Notes under the pieces: model-generated | The model's database searches: none | The model's input: only the letters and a program-made list of their open reading frames with translations | What the model was told of the DNA's origin: nothing | Translations under genes and position numbers: made by a program | In this document: piece by piece, positions 27,501-38,700 of the stretch | How positions within the stretch are numbered: position 1 is the stretch's first letter | Layout of the letters: each line of letters begins with the position of its first letter | Assembly: GCA_964016885.1 (NCBI GenBank) | Contig: OZ024743.1 | Location: forward strand, 282,410,001 to 282,474,000 | Source: Eledone cirrhosa | Lineage: Eukaryota | Direction: 5' to 3' | DNA length: 64,000 nt

Positions 27501-27626
27501 TTACATTCCGATTCATATGTCTATAGCATTAATCTGTTATATGAAGTGTTACTTTGCGGGTTGTTATTTGCAATAAGCCGATTGAAAATGCCCCAGATAA
27601 GCCGTATGCCAATACGAAACGCTCCA

Positions 27627-27810
27627 CTGCAGTGTTGTCATATAGGGAGTGAAGAGCGACAGAGAGAGTAAAGCAGTTACATTATAGAGAGGGGGAATAT
27701 ACGGAACGCTCCATTTGATCATATACATTGTTTCTCTCTCTGCAGTGTTGTCATATAGGGAGTGAAGAGCGACAGAGAGAGTAAAGCAGTTAAATTATAG
27801 AGAGGGGGAA
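27627..27810. repeat. Direct repeat of ~72 bp inside the Helitron
   Basis: CTGCAGTGTTGTCATATAGGGAGTGAAGAGCGACAGAGAGAGTAAAGCAGTTA.ATTATAGAGAGGGGGAAT at ~27627-27699 and ~27740-27810. Confidence 0.85.
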
Positions 27811-28298
27811 TGATCATGATCGATTTTTGCCCTTATTGTTGGTTGATTTGAAATTTTTTTGCTTCATGACCTTCTGACCAAAAGCAATAATTGTCCCGAC
27901 TTTGAATAGAATTCCGTGAAAAAAGTTTTCTCAATTTTTTGTCTCATATTGAGAAAAACAAAGAAAGAAAATTACAAAAAGGACAACAATAAAATATAAT
28001 GTCTTTGTTGAGAATCATGTAAATAAATGCTTAAGCATCATTATTGTTACGTTTGTTGTTTTATAAATTCATCTGTTGCTTTTGAATTTGTTATTTGATG
28101 TAAAATGTAAGTGTGTAAAATGTAACATTGAGAGAGCAGTATGTATTTAGTGTTATTGGTTTTTAAATTTTGATATTTGATGTATGAGTGTCGTTATGAC
28201 TGTTTGTTGCTTAGGTTTCAAAGTTTGTGTCGCGTGCCTTCAAAAGAAGTTTTGTCGTTCTAAATTGTAATGACGATAGGGTAGTAGACGGAGGCAGT

Positions 28299-28424
28299 AA
28301 CCTTTTAAAGAGAGTTGCAGAAGAGATTGAGGGGGGAATAGAGAGAGTGATGAACCTTTTAAAGAGAGTTGCAGAGATTGAGAGTGGAGTAGAGGAAAAG
28401 ATGAACCTTTTAAAGAGAGTTGCA
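28299..28424. repeat. Three-copy minisatellite (unit ~52 bp) inside the Helitron
   Basis: AACCTTTTAAAGAGAGTTGCA occurs three times; this produces the repetitive ORF NLLKRVA. Confidence 0.85.
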
Positions 28425-28687
28425 ACATGTATGTAGTTTCATATATTTTTGATGGTAGTAGTGAGAGGAATGAAGCGTGTAAGAGAGAGGGTTACAGTAT
28501 GTATTTAGTTTTATCGTTTTTTTTCATAGAAGCAGGAAATTTTTGCCAAAAATAATTACGCGTTGACCTGCCCTGGTAAATTTGGAGCACATTGGAAAAA
28601 AATTCATCAAAATCGGTAGAGAAATGTGGAAATGCATAAAAATCATACACACACACACAGACATCTACCGTTTTATATATATAGAGA

Positions 28688-31448
28688 CTAGCAGAAAACC
28701 ACCTGATGGGCGGTTTTCTGCTAGTCTATATATCTAAAACAGAGAATGTCTGTCTGTCTGTCAGCTCACTAAAACTTGAGAACCATCCAACCGAATGTTT
28801 TCAAACTTTAGACATGTAATACTTATGGTCCTGTGAGTGTTTTGAGCAAAAATTATTTCAAATTTTCAATGCCCTAGGGACCGCATTAGGCGATGTAGCA
28901 TTCTCTCTATATAATTCTTAGTCTTTCTTTTTAGATAGATACAGATATAACGTTGCGCCCTTATAATATCTGTCTGTATGTCTGGCTGTCTGCATTACGT
29001 CATTTTGACGCGCTCAGTGTGTGTGTGTATATATATATATGTATTGTAATGTAGACAGCAAGACATAGCTTTCCTTCCCCTCTTCCAGCGTCTCTCTCTC
29101 TCCCTCCCGCTATCCCCCTCTTGTAGTCTGTCTCTTTCTTTCACTCTCACTCTCTCTCTACGCGTCGGACAGACAGACAGAGAAATTGCTGGTTATATAT
29201 TATAAGGAGACTAGCAGAAAACCACCCGGTGGGCGGTTTTCTGCTAGCAAATCTGGTGTATATACTGATATTGTTGAGATTTGGATGAGAAATGTTTTCG
29301 GCACCACATGTTCACCGTCTCTCGGTGTGTCTTTCATGCATGTATAAATATATATGTTATCTATACGGTGAAATCTTTGAAATAAATATATGTTAAAACG
29401 AAAAAGGAGAAAAAGAGATTAGTGACGGAAATATAAACGTTATGATACATAAACGTTATGATATAACGATGGAAATATATCTTCAAATGGTCTTTGGCAT
29501 GGTGTCAAGTCAGAACCGCCTCGAACTGGTTACTTCTGGCTTGTGCAAGGTGTCTCTATAGCAACCAGCGATTCCCTCGGCCTCAGTGACCAAAGTCAGT
29601 GGAGAGGGGAAGGTAATGTTTCTATAGCGACAGTGTTTCTCTTGGTAGTACCAAAGTGGAGAAAGGAAGGGGAAGGTAATATTTCTGTAGCACCTACATT
29701 TGAGTTTTAGGGGAGGACAGACAGACAGACAAACAGAGAAATGCCATATATTTCTGTGTGTGTATATATATATATATTTCTGTGTGTGTATATATATATA
29801 TATTACACACACAGAAATGTATATATATTTCTGTGTGTGTATATATATTTCTTAGAACAAAATTATTATTAATGTTTTGCTGTTCATAACAATTGGAATT
29901 GAAAAATTACTTTTGAAATTATTAGTTATTTTACTAATGCTTAGATATGTAAAAATGAAGCAATGTTTCTAATAATTGTTTCTACTTTTGGCACAAGGCC
30001 AGCAATTACCCAGTACATTACTGGTACTTTATTTTATCGACCCCGTGAGGATGAAAGGCAAAGTTAACCTCGGGGGTATTTGAACTCAGACCGTAAAGGG
30101 ACGTAACTCCATGCTATGAAGCATGGTGTCCGACTCTCTACAGATTCTGCCAATCCACCGCCCTAATGTCTGTACGTAATGAGGGAGTGAGAGGGGAGAG
30201 AAAGAAAGGCAGAGGTGAAGTGACGAAGTGACTCTCTCCTCCTCCTCCATCTCCCCATTCGTCACAGCGATAGAGGGGAGGAATGTTAGTGTGTTACAAA
30301 GAGAAAGAGTGAGAGTGAGAGAAACAGACAGACTAAAAGAGAGGGATAGCAACCACGCGCGCACGTGTTTCCACTGTCGGACAGACAGACAGAGAAATTG
30401 CTGGTTATATATTATAAGGAGACTTGAAAGTCAAGAAATGGTGACTGTCACAAATAACGCCAACAGAGGCAGACTCATTAGAGCCAATAGAATTTTCCCA
30501 AAAATAATATGGGCCGAAGCCGAAAAAAATTTTGTTTGGCAGCTCTAATTGAGCCTTAATTTTATTCAAAAAATTGTATACTAATATATTCGAATACCAG
30601 GCACTATTGGAATCAACAATAGCAGCGTCCTGAGGGTCATTACAAAACACAAATTCGCGAGAATTAGTGTTTAAGGCTTGGAAGGTGGTAAAAAAATCCA
30701 CAAAATCTTCCATTCTTTTAAAAATAAAATTTATTTTTAATAATATTTAAATAACTGGAGGTTAGAAAAAAATATTCCTATGAAATTTTAATCATACCAT
30801 TAGGTGTGAATAAGGAAATATTTTTTTTTATTGTCAAAACAAATGTTCAAAAGTTAAACTTCAATTTTTTGAATTATTTCCAATTTTTTCATGAAATTGA
30901 ACACTGGACATTGGCTGCTGGAAATGGAAATTAAATCGTATTTAATTGTATTTAAATTTCTAACCTTATTTTATTATTTATATTTTTTCAATAAGAAATA
31001 AAACAAAACAACAAAAAAAATTGAACAAATCAAACGTAGGTTATGGAACTGCGCAATCTGATTAATAAATTACCTCATCAGCAGCAACCTTCTTCAAATG
31101 GTCCTTATTATCAGCAGCAACAATCACAAATTCAATGGCAACCTTCTTCAAATGGTGTCAAGTCAGAACCACCTCGAACTAGTTACTTCTGGCCTGTGCA
31201 AGGTGTCTCTAAAGCAACCAGCGATTCCCTCGGCTTCAGTGACGAAAGTCAGTGGCAAGGGGGAAGGTAATGTTTCTATAGCACGTGTTTTAGCATCTAT
31301 TCACTCTCTCTCTCTCTCCCTCTCTCCCTCCCGCTATCCCCCTCTCGTAGTCTGTCTCTTTCTTTCACTCTCACTCTCTCTCTCTACGCACGTGTTTCCA
31401 CTGTCGGACAGACAGACAGAGAAATTGCTGGTTATATATATAAGTAGA
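28688..31448. mobile_element. Composite cluster of non-autonomous Helitron termini and cargo
   Basis: 37-bp palindromes at 28688-28724 and 29211-29247; plus-strand 5' end TCTATATATCTAAAAC at 28725; minus-strand 5' ends TCT.CTTATA.TATATAACCAGCAATTTCTCTGTCTGTCTGTCCG at 29210, 30422 and 31448 (the last preceded by A, canonical A|TC); duplicated internal blocks. Confidence 0.75.
29971..30163 (-). mobile_element. SINE family A, full-length short form, nested in the Helitron cluster
   Basis: Complete reverse-complement copy ending at ...CAATCCACCGCCC (30163). Confidence 0.85.
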
Positions 31449-31714
31449 TTATGCACACATTTACTATAGACAGTTACAAGATTGAGTACCATAGAGGAGA
31501 TTAATTTATATTTCAATAAGGCCAAGCTTTAGTCAAAGGAACATGACTGACCCTAATAAAGAATATATATGTGTGTATGAGAATGTATATATATATGTTG
31601 CCACTTTAGACTAGTAACACCATTATTCAGCTAAGTACTTGATTTGCTGTCAAAACAACGAGAGCTCAGTCGTCAGGCTGTTACTCTTCAATATATATAT
31701 ATATATATAGTTAG

Positions 31715-31935
31715 TACAGATTAAAGTTTAAGCAAAGAATTTCTACTTTCCCCCTATACGGAATCTTCTGAAGCTGTTTCAGAAAAGAGTTTCAGAAGAT
31801 TCTGTATAGAGGAAAAGCAGAAATTCTTTGCTTAATCTGTATTAATAATAAATATTTGCTCTACAGGTTTATATATACTTTTATATATAATATACAATCC
31901 TTATCGAGCCCTCTTCGGATTTTGGTTTTTGTATT
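31715..31935. repeat. Fold-back element (second module of the 13.3-kb element)
   Basis: 44-bp arms 31729-31772 / 31791-31834 with 4 mismatches; downstream TAATAAATATTTGCTCTAC...CCTTATCG...TTCG shared with ~13528-13610. Confidence 0.8.
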
Positions 31936-31989
31936 TATTATTACTATGATTATTACTACTACTACTACTACTACTACGTATATGATGGT

Positions 31990-32268
31990 AACGCCAAAAA
32001 GTGCCCGGCTCACACTGTAAAGTGGTTGTGTAGCTATTACAACAAAAAGCCCCAAGTACTCACTGTAAATGAAGTTGGCGTTAGAAAGGGCATCTAGCTG
32101 TAGAAAATCAGGCCAGAATCAGTCCTGTATGAGCAAGACATGGTCACCTAGCATTGCCCACAACAGAACAACCTGTCTAACCAATGCTAGCGTGGAAAAT
32201 AGACATAAAACGGAGGTGATGATGATATATTTACACACACACATACACACATACATATACCATTATCA

Positions 32269-32338
<70 letters not shown>

Positions 32339-32537
32339 ATGTTGGTAACACAAAACATCCAGCACACACTGTAAATGTGGTTAGCATTAGGAAGGGCATC
32401 CAGCTGTAGAAAGCTAGCTAGTCAGAAACAGTCCTATATGAGCGAGACACTGTCAACCGACCCAACTTGTCTCCAAGTGGGACAAACCGTCTAATCCATG
32501 CTAGCATGGAAGATAGACGTTAACCGATGATGATGAT
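31990..32537 (+). mobile_element. Two stand-alone copies of the RTE 3' UTR separated by (TA)n
   Basis: CACTGTAAA...TTAG(G/A)AAGGGCATC(C/T)AGCTGTAGAAA...ATGCTAGC.TGGAA...(GAT)n, homologous to 54440-54680. Confidence 0.8.
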
Positions 32538-35498
32538 ATATATATGGACAGAATGCTTCTGCATTTTCTGCTAATGAAATTCCACTCAGAAGGCATTGGT
32601 CAACCTGAAGCTAGATTAGCCATGTGATAGGAGTGAAAAACAATCAAAATAAGCCTTGAAAATGCATGGTTTTCTTGAATAATTAAAAATTATGCCATAA
32701 TATGTTTTACTGATTTTGACTTATATATTGTATTGATTTAGTAAAATGAAAGAAGCTATATCCCAAATAAAGGACTAATTATTTGGTTTCTATGAAGTTC
32801 AAGGTTCTGCCAAGGTCAGCTTTGCCTTTCACCTTTCCGGGATCAATAAAATAAAGCACCAGTCAATTACAGACCGTTTCTGTTCCTCAAATTTTTGACC
32901 TTGTTCCAATGGTTAGAAATCAATAATAAAACAGGATTCTTTTCTTACAACCAATATTTACACTGTTGTGATAATGTTGTTATTTTTAGTCCTAAATCAG
33001 CATTGATCAAACAAACTGATCATCAAAGTGGTCCAGCCATAACCATCTCATCTTATATTCAGCCATGTATCCAAGACTACATTATTCAACGTCTTACCTT
33101 TCAAGATGATATGGTGTGATTTGTGTTGCTATTTCTTGTAGGTCAAGTGGCCATGTAGAAGCTCCCTCATTAGCTTGTTTTTGTGATGTTGGATAAGGAT
33201 TCATGAAGATAAGTAATTAGGTGAACACATTTTAGAAATGGATGGTTATTCGTGGTGATTAAGACTAACCTATTTATTTGACTTGAGCATCACTATTTTA
33301 CATGCCTGTAATAAGATGAGTTATTCAAGTCTTAAAAAGACAGTTTCTTTAGTTATCTTTAATTTATTATCATTTATGTTTCTAGTTCAAGTTTTGCTGA
33401 GGTCAACTTTGTCTTTCACTCTCCTAGGCTACCAAATTTTCTTCCAATTATTTCACTTTAAGGGTAATATTGTTTGAATTAATTAAGTTAGTACTCGTCT
33501 TGCATTGACAGAGCTATCTGAAGTACCTCTTTTATATAATATTAATATGACACCCTTTTTTTGCTGTGTGTATCCAGTTTAGAAAAAATGATACTGTATC
33601 TGTGCATGTTGTAAGAAGCAACTAAAGGGGTTGGTATCAGGAAGGATTTCTGACCATAAAATATTGCTTCAAAGAGAAGACCCCATAATGAGTATGAGAA
33701 CTGTCATGGAGCCCACAAAACTAAGCCCTGCTATAGGAGGGAAAATTACTTTAAAATGCTTGTTGCTGTCTAATACCTGGTTTCATGATAGGACTCCACC
33801 CCAACCCTACCAGTAAAATATCCAAGAAACTCCCTATGAGATGCAACTTCATAGGAGGCTGACAAAATGTGCACAGGTGTGGACCATAACGGCAGGTGGG
33901 GTTACTACATAGAGGCTCCTTTGTTGGCTTGTTAGAGTACTAGTTGCAGGTGGATGAACACTGGGGGAATGTTATCAGTTGAATGAAAAAACACTAAATA
34001 GTAAGCTTCACTTTGGAAACATTGGTTTGTGTATGTTCTATGTTTGTGTATGTTCTATGTTTCTGAATGAGAAGAGAGTAGTGGATGAGATGTGATTTTT
34101 AATAGTTGACTGAAATTTATATTCAGGTAATTATTTCATGTATGATTTGCTTCAATACACATTTCTAGTTCATTCACTTGAGGCTTTTTAGCATTTCTTA
34201 TAGTCTTCTCTGAACAGTACTCAGTAAGTTGATATGGTGAAAGGTATTGTAGGAAAAAGCTTTTGCTGTAGCCAAAACTGGTCAAATCCATGGATAATTT
34301 TTAAATGAAGTATAAATAGCATTTCGTTTAATATGCTTATAACCTAGACAGCTGTTTATTCAATAATTATCTCTAGCAGCAATACTTCTTGTTCTTATGG
34401 ATGTGATTTTCTAACAATGTGCATATGATTATAAAGTCTGAGAACATGTTAAGAATTAAGATAAGTATTGATTAAAAATTTTACATTGTGGAAGAGTAGT
34501 TTTAGCCGTTGAAAACATGCAAAAACTGTTTTATATTCATATAAAATAAATATGGCAGTTTTTGTGTATTTTTTACATAGCTAAAATGTTTCTTTTGTGA
34601 TGTAATTGCTTCAGTTTCAGGACACGGTCTCAAATCAAATCACTTGCAAAGCAAGTACAACTCCAAAATTTCCGGGCTTTAGTTCTGGAAAATTAAACGA
34701 TTTTTGTTTTTCAAACTGATTTAACTTCTAGGTTTAAAAAAAGATGGCAACGTTTTTTTTTCTTTTTAATTTTGTCTTAATTTTGTTGTATTATCTAAAA
34801 GCAACCTGGAAAGTCATGATAGGACTAGAATCCCTTATTATTAAAACACTAAAAATAAAACAGTCTGGTGAAACAGTCCTGAGATGCATATTTGATTGTT
34901 ATCCTCCAGTTATTTATTTCAGCTACAGAACTGTTGTTTGTTGAAAGTATAAGCTTACTACACACACTTTTCAGTTCACATCTCATTGAAAATGTCTGTA
35001 TTGAAAATTGTAGTATACACCTGATTACTATTGACTATTTTCTCTTTAAAGATTTGTTTCTAAAATTCCATTTCTATTCTATGTATATAACAGGCAAAAT
35101 TGGTTTTCACTTCTTGTATATGCCAACTTTGAAGCCGGAACTAAAGCGCTAGGTTAATGAGTCAGTGAAATGTTTATGCTGTTCTTGAGTTCTAGCTCAC
35201 TTATTGACTGAAGATATGTTTACTGTTAACTAATGACATTGAATATATTTTGAATCTAGTCTTCGATGAGATCACTCTCTACAGCAAACACGCATGCCCC
35301 AACATCTGTGTGTACAATGAAACTATTACTCATTAGATATATTTAGGGATTATGGTAAATAGCTTAGAAAACTTTCTGAGAAGAATTGATTGTTTTCAGG
35401 AATTTTCTACTTGAATGGAATTTGAATTTTATTGATTCCTTGAGTCAGAACTTTTCTTTTCTGAGCTTCACATATGTTATCAAATGTATGTCAATGCA

Positions 35499-35534
<36 letters not shown>

Positions 35535-35571
35535 TCTTCTTAGTTTGGTTTTCTTTTTGTGTGATCAATAA

Positions 35572-35740
35572 TCATCATCATTTCATTTTACGTCCGCTCT
35601 TTTCCCTGCTTGCAAGGGTGGGACGGGAACTTATTCTGGCTTGATTTCTACAGCTGGATGCCCTTCCTAACACCAACCTCATTTACAGTGAGTGCTGGGT
35701 GCTTTTTTGCCGTGGCACCTCCACGACCACTTTGCAGTGG
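35572..35740 (-). mobile_element. Stand-alone RTE 3' UTR copy
   Basis: Reverse complement is nearly identical to 54408-54450 joined to 54496-54560, with a (GAT)n tail. Confidence 0.85.
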
Positions 35741-38700
35741 AATGATATGGATCTCAGTCCCTATCATCTCATTTCTACAGCTGAGTAAACTGGAGCAATG
35801 TAAAATAAAGTGTCTTGCTCAAGGAAACAACACATATGAAACAACAAATAATGTTCTAATCTATATTATAGAATAATTTTAACTTGTTTTGCATGTCATA
35901 CATTCAATACTTTGTTCCTCTGTATTGCATGACAGAAAATTACTGCACTTTGTGTTAGTTCATCATCAGGTTTACTTTTCCACGCTGGAGGTTTTTTTTT
36001 TTTTGAGGCAGTCTTTTACAGCTGGAGGCCTGTCTTGATGTTAACCCTTTTAAGGGTATGTACCTATTCTAAAAACCAGGGAAAGCTTGGTGTTTAGGGT
36101 CTGGGCTCACAATCATAAGGTTGGGAGTTCAATTCCTGGCTCAGGAGTCATATTGTGTACTAAGACACTTCATGCTGCCCCAGTCTACTAGCTGGAATAA
36201 AAAGGTTATGACAACACTGGTGTCAAGCTGTATTGGACTTTGCCTTTTCCTTGAACATCAATGTCATCGAGAGAGGAGACTTGTATGTTGGTCTTCCACA
36301 AAACACCCTGCCCAGGCTTGTATCTTAGAGAATCAAATTCATGGTCAGTTCGTTAGTGTGTCATTTGTGTACAACTCTTGGCCAGTCATGACAGAAAGGG
36401 AGCTCTTTCTTTTCTTTATTCTAAAACTCAAGATACACACATTAATGCTATAGCTGTTAATATTTGTATTCTATTTCAATCTAATGTCATATTTAACAAC
36501 TAGAAGCTCATGATACTTCTGAGGACAGTCTAGACCACTGCTTACAATTCTTTTTTTTAAATTGCTTGTGGCACTTTTCGGCAAATAAAAATATTTTTAC
36601 ACTTTGTACATAAATAGTCAAAAGAATTATTCTAAAAAGGTATTTATATATTTTAGCCTAGAAATATTCTGCTTGTCACGAAATATGTTTGAGTGTTATG
36701 GAACAGTATTGAAGATATAATCAAAATCTTTAATGTAATACATAGAAATCTATAAATTTATGCAAAAAAAAAAGAAAAAAAAAACTAAGTACATTTATAG
36801 AATGTGGCATTTCCTCGGTTCCAACTACCATAAATAATTTAAGTAGTTACATCTTTTAATAATTAAAGTCTTATCAAAATGTATTAAGAATTTTGGTTTG
36901 TATTTTTCACATTTAAAAAAATATAATTATATAATTTTGGGGGAACCATTAGTTCAGACAGTGATCTGAATATTTTAATGTACGCTATTCTGAATGATAA
37001 TCCTGCCAGAGTTTTCTTAACCTTTGATTTCTTTAAGATTGCTAAAACATTAGTGGCAAACCCTGACTTAACCATTGCATATAATCCTTCATTCTGAAGA
37101 TCACCAGTATATGTATGGAACCATCTCTACCACCACCACTATCATCATCGTTTTTACATCCACTTTTCCATACTGACATGAGTTAGATAATACTTTTTTT
37201 GTAGGTTTTTTTTTTCTATGACCAGATGCCTTTCTTAATGTCAACCCCTACTTTATGTTTAAATATGGTTTATAATGATGACCTCTCTTGAACTGTAAGC
37301 TGTGAGACATTGTTTTTTGTATGTATGGCATAAAAAAAATATCAGTTTACTTATAAACATTGATGCATGGAGACAGATACACTCATGCATTCAAACAGGA
37401 ATTTTTTTGTATCTCTCTTCTTTTTGCACTCCATATTGCAGTGGGGTGATATTTAGTTGTGTTCTGTATAAGTAGAGAGCCTGCTGCTTAGCAGTTAGGT
37501 GCACTATGATCCATATTTTACTTATAAAACAATTGAAGCTTGACTTCATTAACCTTGCTTCAAAAACCTCTCCCAGAATTGTGAGCATGAAAAAAAAACT
37601 GATGATGTTTATAACAATTAAATTGTTGTCTTGTGAAGAACGAAAGTGCTCAATTCAAATTATAAACAAGGTTTTATTATATTTTTGGCTCATGTGGTAA
37701 ACTGTTTTATTACTTCTGATAATTATATATATATATATAATGTGTTTGTATACAAAGGGCTTCATTATAGTTTTCATCTACCAAATTCACTCACAAGTCA
37801 TTAAGTGTGCTGAGGCTATTGTAAAAGCCCAAGGTATTGCACAGTAGAATTGAACGTGAAACCTCAAATTTGTGAAGCAAACTTTTTACCACACAGCTAT
37901 ACCTGCTCCATTTTCATATATTTCCCAAAATATGATAACCACCAGTTTAGAACTCTGCATCAACCATACTTAGCTTAAAGCTTTAAGAAAAGCTCTTTTT
38001 ACCACTGTACTTTCTAAGAAACAGATAAAATAAAAAAAAAATATCTTTCATGCTAGCAATGGTTGAATTCCCTTTAGTTATTTATGAGTTTCAATATCAG
38101 GTGTTTTGCTGTTACAGTACTCACCCAACTATGATGCTAGGTGGTGCCTATTTTTCATCTAGGTAACACATGCCTTAGCACAATTACCTGTAGCAGAGTT
38201 TGGCTTAACAGCCATCCAGAACTAATAGTTTTTTTTTTATTGTGTGATATAAATGGTTTCAGCCAATGGAATATATGTTTGTATATAGATTTGTAAAGAA
38301 TACCATATATACTTGTGTATAAATTACATATCTATTTTGTATACAAAACATTTACAATGTGTCATATAATTGAGGTTCTAGATATACCACAACTGGTTTT
38401 TCATGTATTTTTGAGGACAAATGTGTGGCTTATACACAAGTATATATGGTATGTGTATCAGAATATGTGTATGTATATTAATTCGTGTGCATGTTCACGC
38501 CATTGTCTATGACCTTCGCATGCCATCTGAGATTGTGTTTGTGTACACAACTAGGTTTTTATTTTCTAAATTTGCATTTAAATCATTTTATTCGAATTAC
38601 CATATTTACTTTTGCTTTACTGTTCTAAGGTCAAATACTATCGAGGTCAACTCCAGCATTCATTCACTGAAAATTGAAACAATATTTATCAGTAAAATAC

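Larger units (their letters stand above)
24588..28687 (-). mobile_element. Helitron (internally deleted, formerly autonomous)
   Basis: Minus-strand 3' end: hairpin CCCGAGCAATGCCGGG (24615-24600), 8-nt spacer, CTAG (24591-24588) followed by T inside a (TA)n tract; 5' end TCTCTATATATATAAAACGG at 28687; RepHel remnants in between. Confidence 0.9.

Noticed and set aside
28299-28424. Regularly spaced 21-bp repeats resembling a CRISPR array
   Set aside because: Spacers are similar to each other and purine-rich, only three copies, eukaryotic transposon context, no cas genes; it is a minisatellite.
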